This document shows, piece by piece, positions 12,801-25,623 of a DNA stretch of 64,000 bases (the first letter of the stretch is position 1; each line of letters opens with the position of its first letter). The notes under the pieces are model-generated. The model saw only the letters and a program-made list of their open reading frames with translations. It had not been told where the DNA came from and did not search any database. This DNA is from Takakia lepidozioides (taxonomy: Eukaryota > Plantae > Bryophyta). Position numbers and translations under genes: made by a program. Location: contig CM060733.1 of assembly GCA_030704615.1 (NCBI GenBank), positions 24,242,001 to 24,306,000 of the forward strand, given 5' to 3'.

Positions 12801-13371
12801 ACACCTCCATGACCTCCCTCTCAAACAAACACAAACAAATGTAAGCATACATACCCTAATACTCTTAAGCCTACGCTGAACCATAGCCGCACCCTACCCG
12901 GACGTAATGCCTGCCCACGAATGACGGCGGACATCTCCTGCCTAATGACACATCCTCCTCAAACCTAATCGTCACTCACTGCATGTTGTTTGCCTCTCTG
13001 TTTGTACAAGTCGCAGCTACTCGCCCCCATTTGTGCTATGAAGCTTATGATCGCTGTAAGAAGGTTAGAGGATAAGGCAAATCGCAAGTTAAGTGGGTGG
13101 GTATCCAAAGTCAGGAACTAAACTCACCCATCTATCGACTGCTTGAACGTTGCTTCCACCTCCTTTATGGCAGCAATCCGGCGCTCTCGAAACTTCTCGT
13201 ACTCAGTGAGAGGGACTGTCACTTCGAAGACCTTCCGCTTCACCATGGACACTCAGAAACGATACTTATAGTATACTATAGATATAGAAATAACACATTG
13301 GCAGCTGGTGCAAAACTAGAGACAATGCACTGTGCGTAGCATGCAAAGAGGGAAGGGGTGACGTTCAAAGC

Positions 13372-16300
13372 ATGTACAGTGCAGGTGACGAACGGATGCG
13401 TAGGCGTAGAATAGATGACCGTCTATGGCGAATGGAAGAAGCTTATGCCACAAGGAATGGGCATACAAAAATGCTATGCAACTGCGATGAGTGTCATGGA
13501 GGAAAAGTACTCTTGCTAGAAACAGTGAGGAATCATTACATGATACACGGGAGGGATCCTCTTCTCCAACGCTGTTCTCTTCCGGTAAGATCGCCACTTT
13601 CCCTTCAGCACTTTAGTTTGAATTTTGAATGCAACGATCCTCTTCTCCACATGTCGACATTTCGTTGGGTGATTGTAGTCAAGAAGTCATAAGATACAGA
13701 CGTGACTATGACTACGCCACTTCCGTTATCACTTTAATTAATGCACATGTCGTGTTTTCATTGGTCATGTGTACTCATGTAGTCATATATGACTAAGTAA
13801 GTGACTGCAACTATGACTTCAATGGTTACAAATGTCGTGTTTTGATTGGGTGTATATTCATAAGATACATACGTAAATATGACTGCATCACTGCAACGTC
13901 ACCGTGCCTCCTATGTCATAATATGAACAAGTGTCACATCGTTGTTGGTCCACTCACAAGATGACTATTGGGATGCAGGGATGTGAATATTCAGATGATG
14001 AAGACGAAGGCCCTGCGGCACAGCGGAAGCCCAATGTCACAGAGAACGCAGATGAGAGTGGTGGATTGGAGGTAGAAATGCAGCGTGCATTGCAGGAAGC
14101 GTTTCTCTTTGCAGATGCAAACAGAGAGGACCCCATTCATGGTGGAACCGATCACACATTTGCCGATCATGACGATGATCTCGACGATTCCGGAGACAAT
14201 GAATTTGATGAGAATGCTCACCTGCACGTTGATCCCGAGTATGATAAACTCTTCCGAGCGTCGCAATGTCCACTTTTTGAAGGGTGCTCCATCAGCCGGC
14301 TGCAAGCAACTTTGACGTTGATGAACGCATGCACTACCCACAAGTGCACCAATGCATTTGTGGATGAGCTTCTGGGATTGTTGCGTAAGAGTTTTTTGCC
14401 TAAAGAGAATTCATTGCCGAAAACTCACTATGAAGCAAAAACCATGATTGCCAAGATGGGATTGCAGTACACGATGATTCATGCCTGTGAGCGTGGTTGT
14501 GTACTCTTCCGTGGGGAGTATGAGAATGTAGACATTTGCATAATGTGCCGCAGTTCCCGTTACATTCCAGGCCGTGGAAGTGTGCCCAAGAAAGTATTGC
14601 GACACTTCCCTGTCATTCCAAGGTTGAAACGTATGTACCGATGTAAATCGATCGCTAACCTCATGACATGGCACGACAGACATAAGATCCAGGATGGGTT
14701 GGTTCGACATCCAGCTGATAGCAAAGCATGGAGACACATTGACACCACATTTGCGGATTTTGCTGCAGAGCCACGATCTCTGCGATTTGGATTGGCCTTA
14801 GACGGTGTAAATCCCTACGGAGCTCAATCCACAAGTTGGAGCACATGGCCCGTTCTCTTGGTCAATTACAATCTGCCTCCGTGGTTAATGACCAAAAAGT
14901 TCTTTGTCATGTTAGCGCTACTGATTCCTGGTAAGGAGTCTGTTACCTCGGACAACGTAGATGTTTACCTGATGCCCCTAGTGGAAGAGCTATTGGAACT
15001 ATGGAGAGGGATTGCAGCTCATGATGTTTCCCGTCCTCGTGGTCAACGCGAATTCACACCGATGGTTGTCCAGCTTGTGGACCCGGGGTGACTTCACAGC
15101 AGTTACACACATGTGGAAAAATTGTTTTCCTAGGCCACCGAAGATTTTTGGCCCGCAATCATCCATATAGAAGGTCAAGAATGTTCAATGGCGCTACTGA
15201 GCATGGAACTCCTCCAAAAACGCAGACTAGAACACAAATCAAGGACCTTGCATCAGCTCGCACTACATGGGTGGAAAACGGAGGGACGCCAGATAGCAGG
15301 ACAGACCCAGCAAAAACTCATGGAGTTAAGCGATTGTCAATTTTATATGTCTTACCTTATTGGGAGGTAATTCCTTCATGGCCTTTAAATTGGCTGTGTA
15401 CATTTTTGCGTTTTCTGTTTAAATTGTGATGAGTAAATGCTCAATTGCTTATGTGTTCATTTTGTAGGGTCTCCTCATCCGCCACACGTTTGACGCAATG
15501 CATTGCGAGAAGAACTTGGCTGAAAATATTATTAAAATTATCTTTGGTGAGAAAGACACATTGAAATTCGCCGTGATTTGGAGCTACTTGGGATGCGCCC
15601 GGAATTGTGGCTACAACGTGATCCTGACAGAGCAGATACGTTAATTATGCCTCCTGCCCCTTATGTCCTCACTGAAGCTGAGTTACAAGTCTTTCTGGAG
15701 ATTGTGCAGAACTTGAAAGTGCCAACAGGCTACGCATCAGCTTTCAAAAAGCATGTGGTGAAGAATAAGTTGTCAGGCATGAAATCACATGACTATCATG
15801 TGCTCATGCAGCAAATTATACCGCTTGCTATCCGTGGGCTCATGCCAAGTGGTCCTCGAAGGGCCATTTTGCGAGTATGTCGTGTATTTAAGAAGTTGTG
15901 TGCAAAAGTGGTGAATCCTGTAGAGTATGAGGAATTGAGAACTGAAGCAGTTCTCACTCTGTGTCTTATAGAGAAGGAGTTCCCACCATCATTTTTTGAT
16001 GTGATGACACATCTGGTTGTTCACCTAGTGGATGAGTTGTACTTATGCGGGCCCGTGGCATCTCGTTGGATGTACCCCATGGAGCGGGCAATGAAAGATA
16101 TGAAGGGCTACGTAAGAAACATGGCAAGGCCCGAGGGGAGCATGGTAGAAGGATACCAATTTGAAGAAGCATTGGGTTTTTGCACAGAGTATATGGCAGG
16201 ATTTGATGGAAGTGTACGAAGGGTGTGAGATGCAGATGAGGCAGAATCTGTGGAACGTGAAGTTGTGGAAGGAAGTTCTAAAGCCCGAAAATTGAATGAC

Positions 16301-17448
16301 CTGTGTGATATTGTACATGAGTACATCATTCAGAACCATCCTCGTCTATCAGTCATGTTGGGGTAAGAAATCTACTTCATTGACATTCAGATTTCCAAGT
16401 TTTAGTCATTTATCATTAGTTGGCATATGGCGTCTTTTCAAATCTCCCACGCCACCTCTGTCAATCTCCTGGCTGACCCTCGGATTGTGACAGGATATAT
16501 GAAGCAGAGTCCACACGGATAGAAGCCAGACGACGCTTGTTTCGTGAGGAGCAAGGGCTGGAAGGCATGAGCAATCCCACGGCAATTCAGTACCCTCCTG
16601 ATTTGCATCCTTGTCCTCCATTTGCTGTTTGGCTCCCTCCAGGTGTACGAGATCATCTCTCAATTCAATCAGATGGGCTTGATCCTACAACACGTGAGGA
16701 ATTACTGGATCTTTCAAGGCCTCCATCATTTACTGCCCTGTCATTCAAGAGTATGACAGCGTATGGTAACCATTACAGGGTTACATCCCCCGGCATGAAC
16801 ACAACAAGTATGGTGTCTTTTGATTGTGGAGTCTCATCTGTTTTCCAGCACCAGCCCATTACCAACAATTCAGGCAATGACATGGAGGAACCTACAAGAT
16901 ATGTGGGTCTTATAAGGGAGATTTTGCAAATTGACTGTGGCCAAACACAGCCTATAGTGTTTTTGTGTTCGTGGGTACGGGCGAGTCGCGTGGGTCGTCA
17001 ACCTATGTCAATGAAGCAGGATGATGCTGGCTTCACACTTGTCAATTTTAACCGTATGCTTCCACCTTCTGAGCAACCTTTGGTGTTTCCTGGCCAGGTT
17101 GATCAAGTGTTTTTTTCTGATTGTGTGAAGGAGCCGAGGTGGAAAGTCGTCCTGGAGAAGAGCCCCCGAGCACGTAGAGTGGTCTGCGACATATCAATTG
17201 ATAATGATGATGTGGTGGAAGTGGAAGGATTGTTAGCCCCACAAAGACTAGAGGAGACTGTGGTTACTGATGGCCCAACATGCAGCCGAGCGGTACCGGT
17301 TACTCCAGAGCAGGTGGCCTCCTTGTACCTCCGAGCACCCCGTATACGTGGTGATGATGTTCAGCCAACCCTTGGAGAAGATGAAGTCTGTGATGAAGAC
17401 AGTGATACATGTAGTGACCCAGACATAGATGAGGATGATGAAGATTAG
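13372..17448 (+). pseudogene. CACTA TnpD-like transposase (Transpos_assoc, Transposase_21, DUF4218, DUF4216), disabled
   Basis: CNCDEC...VRNH exon (donor at 13585); HPADSKAW, LALDGVNP, YNLPPW, DAMHCEKN, SGMKSHDYH, WMYPMER. The HDFPA-type segment is deleted near 15058, with a further frameshift near 15570 and a TGA at 16226. Confidence 0.95.
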
Positions 17449-17595
17449 ATATGCGCGATTTGTGCACTCCAGTTATAGACCATGCATGATAGTTTAAGGT
17501 GGTAACACTCCCTTCGCATTCCCATTAAGATATCATGCTTGGACACTGGATTTTATGATCAATTATGGAGTGCTTTCCAGTGTTGGGCGGTTACC

Positions 17596-17760
17596 CGCCT
17601 GGGCCCCGGGTAACCGCCGGTTCCGGTTCCGGTTACGTGGAACCGGACCGGAACCGGACCCGCCCGTGCAGAACCGGAACCGGAACCGGAACCGCTCATT
17701 GGGGATTGTGTGGGAACCGGAACCGGCGGTTCCAGCTCCAAAGTGGTTCTGGTTCCGGTC
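17596..17760. repeat. hAT left subterminal (GGAACC/GGTTCC)n array
   Basis: Many aaccgg/ccggtt hexamers in both orientations. Confidence 0.9.
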
Positions 17761-17795
17761 CACCCGTGGGCTGTAGCCCTAAGTGTCTCTACTCT

Positions 17796-17936
17796 CTACG
17801 TCCCCAGAACGCGGCCCGAGCTCGGATTGGCCTCCGGCCCCTTCAGTGGGACGACCGTCTCGCAGGTTACGCACATTGGTGGGCCGTTGAAAGACGAGAG
17901 TATGGCGATTGCCAACTCCAGCACTCGGGAGGGCCA
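17796..17936 (+). pseudogene. Captured PR-1/CAP (SCP) domain fragment
   Basis: [28 protein letters not shown]...[11 protein letters not shown], the typical N-terminal half of plant PR-1. Confidence 0.85.
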
Positions 17937-18051
17937 GCTGCAACCACTAGTCGCCCACTCAGCATTGTTGCGGCGACGAAGAAGGCCGTTGTGGTGCTCA
18001 AAGGAACTTCGAACGTAGAAGGCGTTGTCAATTTGGTCCAGGAAGATGATG
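17937..18051 (+). pseudogene. Captured plastid Cu/Zn superoxide dismutase exon-1 fragment with intron donor
   Basis: [34 protein letters not shown] followed by GT at 18052; matches the transit-peptide/mature junction of plastid Cu/Zn-SOD. Confidence 0.85.
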
Positions 18052-20254
18052 GTTATTTCTGAAGACCTCTCTGATTGTGGTTTTGCATGTTGTGAAGAAA
18101 TGTAGATATAGCTGTCAGACGAAATGAAAATGAAGCATTGTGATCTTTGTTATAGATGGGAGTGAAAGTGATCATGGTACTGTTTGTTTAGGGTTTGGAG
18201 ATGTATTTAGCTCCAACGGGGCATGCAATTGAAGAACGGTTTTAGAACACAGAATTCGCTGGCCGTGGTTTCTGCTGAATTCTCCCTACTTAAAACTTGA
18301 GACATTCCCCAGCGTCTTTGCATGCTGGGACCAGAGTGCCTGACAATGGCAGTGTGCGACCACTTTATCCCTATCATATGATTAATGCATTCCAGACATC
18401 GAACAGAACTACCGTGAGAACACATTGCACGGGAATCCCAGAACCACCATGGAGGAAGAATCTCTAAAGTTCGCATCTGCAGTAGGAGTAAGCGCTAGGG
18501 ATTTGGATTCACATCCGCTAAGGCGAGAGGTCAGTTGAGGCCCTCCAAATTATACACAAGGAAATTTGTGTAGTTCTATTTCTGCACTCTGACTTTCGCC
18601 ACTCTTTTCCAGACTGTGTTGTTTGTTGTGCCTCAGTATGGCAATATTGGGACAAAGTCAGAGAGAAACAGTATCCTGTGGGGACTACACTTTAAGGAAA
18701 ATTGCTTTTCGACCAAGTTTGAATAGGGAGGTGTGATTTTTGAGCAGGTCCCACAACGGTGAATGTGAAGATTACTGGCCTTGCACCTTGCAAGCATGGT
18801 TTTCACCTAGTAACCACTTTTGGCTTCAACTTTTTGCTTTTGCATCTTTATATCCGAGATTGGAACATGTATAAGTAGTGCCACTCTTGAATGGCAGAGG
18901 CCTAGCTCTGGAGAAGCACACATTTTGGAACTTGTGATTAATTTTTATTATTTGTTGCTCAATCCACTTCAAGGTTTTGCAGAAATTTGGGAGGCTTCGC
19001 ATTGTATGACTGCTGCGTTTCAGCTGGTCATGAATTTATCTGCCATTGTGCTTTGGGACACCAAGGGCTTTCAACTCCTAGAAGTGTACTGATTGAGGGA
19101 GAGAGAAAAGGGATGACGGGCTTTCTAGTGGAGCAATTTTTCCGGGTGCTGGGGTGGGCTTTCCTTCCAGTTATGAGCAGCGTGGTATGATGGTTGCAGG
19201 TCTTTTTTCATCCAAATAGCCAGGGCAGGTGTTCCTCTTTTCGCTGTGTGTCAGGGAATCTTGAACAATGTTGACTGGCGAGAGGAGGTATGTGAGTAGC
19301 CATCCCCCCGTCTCTTCCATCCTCTCCTTTGGGGGCTCTCTCGTTCATAGTTTCTGGCTACTCCACGTGGCACTGCATTCTGGCTGTCTTCACTTGTTTA
19401 TCTTGTACGTCCGTCATTTTCTAAGCAATTCCCTGTCATTTCTACCTACTTGTTCACCCTTCCCTGGCCAGATTTCAGACCTGCTCTTACAAGGTTTGAC
19501 AGTCATCATTGTCTTACTTTTTGCACTCTTACAGTGTCAGGCATGCTTATATTATGGACACTATCCTCTTCCACCTTCTGAAAGACCATGTCTCCAGACC
19601 CTTGTTGTTAAGCTTGACCTAACTTCACTACTGGAAAGCTTGCATTAAGCGAGTTGTCCAAGTGTGAGGTTGTGGTCTGTTGCCTGGGTTGGAGTTGTGA
19701 AATCGATGTGTATTGCTACCTGGAATATGTGTGGGTTTTAAGGTTACAGTTCAATGGTAGATTTTAATGATGTATTTGGGTTGAATTGCTGCAGCACACC
19801 CACCAATGGATGCATGTCTTTGTTAACACAGTTCACTTTTAGCCTCATAGTTTTGTATACTAGCATATGAAGGGTTAACCCATGGAATCATCACTCTAGT
19901 GACCTCCTATGCTACTTTATGCCTGCACCTGTGTTTGGAATGTGCCACCAGTGTGTATCTGTTAAATCCTCTATGCTATTAAAAATGTGCTAAATGCTAA
20001 GTGTGCTGTCGTGGCCTTCTCTAGGGCTTTTGCAATTACCTTTCAGTAGAGATTACAGAAAGTCAACCTGGTCTTGGTTGTCAGTGATTTAGTCATCCAG
20101 TCGTCTCCAAGTGCTGTTCAACTACTGAAGAGGGCTTTTCAAAAGAGAATGATCTAAGCAATCGAGTGGATATCAATGCTGTAGCAAGTAGAGTTAGTGA
20201 CGTTGGTAAGCATCCACCACTTTTGGTTATTTTACTGTTTTTAGCTTTAGTTCA

Positions 20255-21690
20255 CCATGAAGCTAATGAGCTTCCTCCTTTTCTTATGGCATGTGGTGCA
20301 AGAGGTAAGGAGGACGAGTAAAGAGGGCCCACCTGCAACCAGGCCCCTTGGTCCATGGTAATCATCGATCATCATTCTTCTTTTTTTTTCTTTTTTTTTT
20401 CCTGTTTTCTTTGATGATATACCAAGGGGCTGATAGCCCCTTGCTCCACTATGGTAGATTTTACATTGGAGGGAGCACAAGCAAAGAGGGGCCCGCCAAC
20501 CAGCCCACATTACCCACTGGTAAGTATCTTCCCTTTCTTTAATTTTTTTAATTCTTGATACAATTGGGGGTTGATAAGATAGCCCCTTTGGCTTCTGTTA
20601 TAGCAGATTCTGCATGAGAGGGAGGGAGCCCAAAGTAGGGAGGGACCTGCCAACCAGCCACCATTACCCGCTTGTAACTCCCTTTCATTGAGCTTTTTTT
20701 TTTAGTTGTTTAAATTTTTATTAAAAGAGGGGCTGATTAGCCCATTGCACTTGTGCTACGGCTGATCGTGCATGGGAGGGAAATGAGGGCAAGTAGGAAG
20801 GCTGGCCAACCAGCCCCTCTTGCACCGCACATGTAAGCATCCCCCTTCATTTTTTTTCCCCATAAAATTGGTATAGCAAGGGCTGATTAGCAGTTGCTAA
20901 TGCAGATCACACACAAGAAGGACGTCCAGTGCAAGTAAAAAAGCACGTCAACCAGCCCCTCTCATCTTGTAGTAAGCCCCCACCCTTTATCTTAGTTTTT
21001 TAATGTTATTCTTTCCAATGTGTGGTACAACAAAAGGCTGATTCGCCCTTCCTCATAGTGATATGTTGCACTCGGGAAGGGAGCAGAAATAGGAGGTCTC
21101 TTGACCCGCCAACCAGCCCCCATTACCTGCGTGTACTTCCCCTTCATTGTTCTTTATTTTCTTAATTATTTTAAGTTTGTGATATAAGAGGAGCTGATTA
21201 GCCCCTTGCTCTTTTGCTATTGTAGATCGTGCATGGGAGGGAAAGAGGGCAAGTAGGGAGGCCTGCCAACCAGCCCCCGTTCCACCACACATGTAAGCAT
21301 GCCCCTAATTCAATGTTGCATAGTTTTTTTTCCCCAGAAAATTGGCATAGCAAGGGGCTGATCAGCCCCCTACTCTGTTGCTATGTAGATCACACACAAG
21401 AAGGAGGAGTGCGAGTTTAGAGCCCGCTAACCAGCCCCCTCATCCTATGGTAAGCCCCCACCCTTTAATAGCTTAGTTTTTTATTTTATTTTTTCCAATG
21501 TGTGGTACAACAGAGGGATGATTTGCTCCTCCTCTCATAGTGAAAGTTTGAACTCGGAAAGGGGAGCACAAATATCAAGAAGGCTTGACAGCCAGCCCCT
21601 ACCTCTTGTGGACAATCACCCCACTTTAAAGCTTCATAATTTTTAGTTATAACTCTTCATGTTGTGGTACAACAAGGACTGATTTATTTA
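20255..21690. repeat. Degenerate tandem repeat (~130-170-bp units) inside the hAT
   Basis: Recurrent GGGGCTGATTAGCCCC palindrome, CCAACCAGCCCC and a T-rich tail. Near-duplicated block at ~20730-21060 and ~21190-21545. Confidence 0.8.
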
Positions 21691-22053
21691 TATGTGGTGG
21701 GGGCATTGCAGATCATCTCCCAAGGCATGAAGTAGCCAAGCCGACCACTGAAGCATAAGACTGGTCCACCCCCAACTTGCTAGGTAATTTTTGTAATTTG
21801 AAAATGTAAATGTACATGTACTAGATTTAAAAAATAACGTAGATCTAAATGTAGGCCATGTATGTAACATTCAGCTCAATATGACATAATAAATTGAGCA
21901 GTGCGGTGTCTCTCCCCACACTTTCGTTTTGGCCAGCCATATACCATCCCAAACTTTTGTAAATATATGAGTTTTGCACAATTATTAAATGCCTTTTGGA
22001 TTCTTTGTTTGCATTGTTTTTACACAAGAGTTGTTCCACAAGCTTTTTATGTC

Positions 22054-23893
22054 ATGGAGCCCAATATTTTCGATGAACTAGAAAGGGAAGTTGTTCCTGA
22101 CAGCAATGTTGATAATGAGAGAGCTTTGGTGGAGTGCCATGTTGCGGAGGATGCTCATCATGAAGCCTCATTTACATCAGCTCATCAAGCCTCGGCTGCA
22201 ATGTCATCTTCCACAGTTTCGCCATCACACACGGTGTTGGATGTGGAGGCGCAGTTCCTAGTACTTGAAAAACAACGGGATTTTTGGAAGCCCCACAATC
22301 GCACTGCTTTGACATGGACATTCTATGCAACAAAAGACTCTGCTCCAGTGGACATAACAAATCCACAACAAATGAGGTGTGTTCTATGTCATCCTATTGG
22401 TGTCACTCCTGCAAGCAAGAAGGGCATTGTGACCTATAATAAAACCAATGGTATCTCTGCCCTTCGAAAGCATGTGGATCAAGAACATGACATTGTTTTG
22501 CGTAGGTGGATTGAGAGGGAAAATGAAGGACCTGAGAAGGCCCGTAGGCCAGCAAAAAAGAGGCCCGGCCCCATTCCTGGAAACATAGCTTTTTTTTTTG
22601 GGAGCTCCACTCCATACAACCAAAATGATGATCAACAGAAGCAGTTCAATGAGGATTTAGTCTTATTCATTGCAAAGGAGTTGGTTCCACTGTCTTTGGT
22701 AGAATCCCCTTGGCTAAGAAGGATGGTGTTGAGGCAAAATCCTCGGATTGTTTTCCCTTCTCGACGGACATTTGTGAATGAAGCCATTCCAATCTTGGCA
22801 GAGAAGACGAAAGAGCGCTACATGTCCCCATCTCTTCAGAGTTGTGGTACTTGCTCCGTGAGTTTTGATTTGTGGATGTCAAGAGGGGGAACTGACACTT
22901 TTGTCATCATAGCGCACTGTATTAATGAACAGTGGGAGCAATGTCATGTGACTCTTGGCATGTTTGAGACACCTGACACATCTGGGGCTGCCATGACACA
23001 TCAAGTCAACAATCTTCTTGTGAAGTATGGCCTCAATACTCGCATTATTGCTTACGTCAAAGATGAGGGAGGTAACTTGGCCACTTTGACCAATGCTTTG
23101 AATTCGGTGGTCTCATGTGCGTGTTTGGGGTTGGATTCTCCATTTGTGGGTAGCTGTTTTGGGCATGCAATGTCCAAGTGTTGCCAGTATGCAACAAATG
23201 ATGCAAAAGTATGCGCAGATATGAGATCGGTTTCTATAAAAAAATGCCCAATCAGAGTTGCAAAAAACCATTACTTGGACCAAAAAAAGTGGCAAAGGGA
23301 GACAAGAATGGGCAAAGGCATGTGTGGACAGCGGCATTCATCCCCGCAAACTGAAGACTCCGGTGAAGACACGGTTTGCTTCCAAGGTGATCCTCTTCCA
23401 AGAGACTTTGGAGTTTAGGCAAGCCATAATCACTTGTTACTCTAGGCAAACCTCATTGGCACTGCAGTCTCGCATACCAAGTCCACAAGTGTGGGCCATT
23501 GCCCAATCAATTTCTACAGTTCTAGGGCCTGCGGTTCATGAGTGCATTATGAATCAATCTGGGGGATTTTGGTTGTTGTCCGATGCTCTTAATGCAGCCA
23601 TTGCCACAACAATTCGCATGCGACGAGTGCTGGGGGGGCTGCAACTGTGGATCATTGCATGGGGGATTTCTCAACAGAGTTGACATTGTTGGAATGGCGG
23701 ATGGCTCGAGACGTGGCATATGTCTTGGAACCATTTTTTTTTTTTTTGGAAGGGTTTCAATCGCGTAAAGCTCACAATATGCTCGCGCTTATGCTTGACC
23801 CACGTTACAAGGGGTTGTCATTGGTATCACAATATGTGGGCAAAGAGCGTGCTTTGCATATTGTGTCCCAATATGATAGTATGGTGTTAGAGC
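22054..23893 (+). pseudogene. hAT transposase C, 5' part (BED finger, DDE core), frameshifted in homopolymer runs
   Basis: CVLC...LRKHVDQEH; SFDLWMS; VKDEGGNL; CFGHAMSKCCQ; VKTRF; LMLDPRYK. Shifts near the A-run at ~23240 and the G-run at ~23635. Confidence 0.92.
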
Positions 23894-25013
23894 TGTTAGA
23901 GGACTGTAGGGGACTTAGACACTTATACGGGATCTGTAGGGTACCCTTAATTTTTGCACAGACTGAGACAAACAGGAACCTTAGGGGTGACAGCAGAGCA
24001 CTGTAGAAGGGGGTTACACAACCCACACAGCCCACACAGCCGTCACAGCCGTCACAGTCCACACAGCCCACACAGCCGACACAGCCGACACAGCCCACAC
24101 AGCCCGACACAGCCGACACAGCCCACACAGCCCACACAGCCGTCACAGCCAACACAGCCCGTCACAGCCGTCACAGCCCACACAGCCCGTCATAGTCGTC
24201 ACAGCCCACACAGCCCACACAGCCGTCACAGCCAACACAGCCCGTCACAGCCGTCACAGCCCACACAGCCCGTCATAGTCGTCACAGCCCACACAGCCCA
24301 CACAGCCCGTCACAGTCGTCACAGCAGACACAGCCCACACAGCCAGTCACAGCCCGGCATAGCCACACAGCCAGTCACAGCCCGACACAGCCAAACACAG
24401 CCAGTCACCGCTTGACACAGCTGTCACGATAATAGGGAACGAAGAGTAGGACAGGGAACGACTGTGGGGAACAACACCAGAGAAGGGAACATGTTAGTTC
24501 ACATACGACGGTTAGAGAGGGAAACGGTTAGAACCGCGGATAGGAGGATAAAGGGAAGAACGGGGATTATGATGAGATCATTATTCGGGGAGGACTTGGG
24601 AGTCAGGCGGAAGCGGAGATCGGAGAGCACGATGAAGGAGGATTAGTAGATGCTTGTTAGAGGCAAAGCCGTAGGGATATTGTAGAGGAGAATAGAGATA
24701 CAATGGCTTCGGCCTGATACCTGATAAATCATAATCTGATATTTATACGATACAATCACACTGTGTAGAGAGATCTGAGTGAAGCTGTGGATTGAATGGA
24801 GGAGTGAAGGAAACTAATACGTAATTATCAATGGTAAGGTAGCTAAGATGAATGCGAAAAGGGAAACAAATAGGAAACACCCCCATGATACACTAGCTGT
24901 AGGTCATGACTGATTGTTCTGCGCGGGCTGAGTACTTAGAGATTTCCAACTCTTCTATCTTGGAGTTTCCGCCTCGGATAGCGAAGGGATGGGTGAGTAA
25001 AAGCCGCGCGACA
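23894..25013 (+). repeat. 5' LTR with CACAGCC minisatellite (~24018-24430)
   Basis: TGTTAGAGG...GCGCGACA; direct repeat of 32690-33809. Confidence 0.98.
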
Positions 25014-25601
25014 TTTGGCGACCATACTGGGGAACTGGGACATGAACAACCAGATGTGACAGGCATCTGGTGGGATCATGGTGGTTGGACCATTAAAGAA
25101 TTTGAAGTGAATCAAATTCCCTGTGAAACGAAGGAAGAAAGATTGTCCAAACAGTTCTTTCAAAGGTTCTTGGAATTGCCAGACGGATGTAAAGAAAATA
25201 TTCTTAAACGAGTGCATGATGCTGATCCAGAATGGGGTCTGGAGAAAGGAGTGATAAAGATTTATCAGGTAGCCTGTAGAGGAAGAGCACGTTGGTTACC
25301 AACATTGGTTTATGTGATAGCATTGCTATCCATTAAACGAGTAGAGTTTGAAGGCTGGGAAGAAAGAAAGGTGAATGTTTATACTCATATGCATGAAGAG
25401 CTTGTACTGGTAAAGAATTGGATTCCAAAGGATATTTTGTGGATCAAACTCACACCAAGAACAGCTTTTCAGACTTGTTTGCCATATGGTTATATGGTAA
25501 CGGAGACTTCAAGTATAGCCAAGGGTGCATTGAAGCTTGAAAGAAATCCAGGCATATACGAGAGATATTACAGAAGAGAGTTTTGGTTATTGCCACATTA
25601 A
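24906..25601 (+). CDS. Extra ORF0 upstream of gag (231 aa, unknown function)
   Basis: Intact and the same length in both element copies; differences between them are biased to synonymous sites. Confidence 0.65.
   Translation: MTDCSARAEYLEISNSSILEFPPRIAKGWVSKSRATFGDHTGELGHEQPDVTGIWWDHGGWTIKEFEVNQIPCETKEERLSKQFFQRFLELPDGCKENILKRVHDADPEWGLEKGVIKIYQVACRGRARWLPTLVYVIALLSIKRVEFEGWEERKVNVYTHMHEELVLVKNWIPKDILWIKLTPRTAFQTCLPYGYMVTETSSIAKGALKLERNPGIYERYYRREFWLLPH
25016..25033 (+). promoter_or_regulatory. Primer-binding site, probably tRNA-Arg
   Basis: TGGCGACCATACTGGGGA two bases after the LTR; resembles the complement of plant tRNA-Arg(ACG) 3' ends. Confidence 0.75.
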
Positions 25602-25623
25602 AAAGAAATGAAAGACATGGGAC

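Noticed and set aside
23805-24415. ORFs rich in HS/QPT/CVG repeats (also 32634-33211 and 54710-54961)
   Set aside because: Translations of the LTR CACAGCC minisatellite, not genes.
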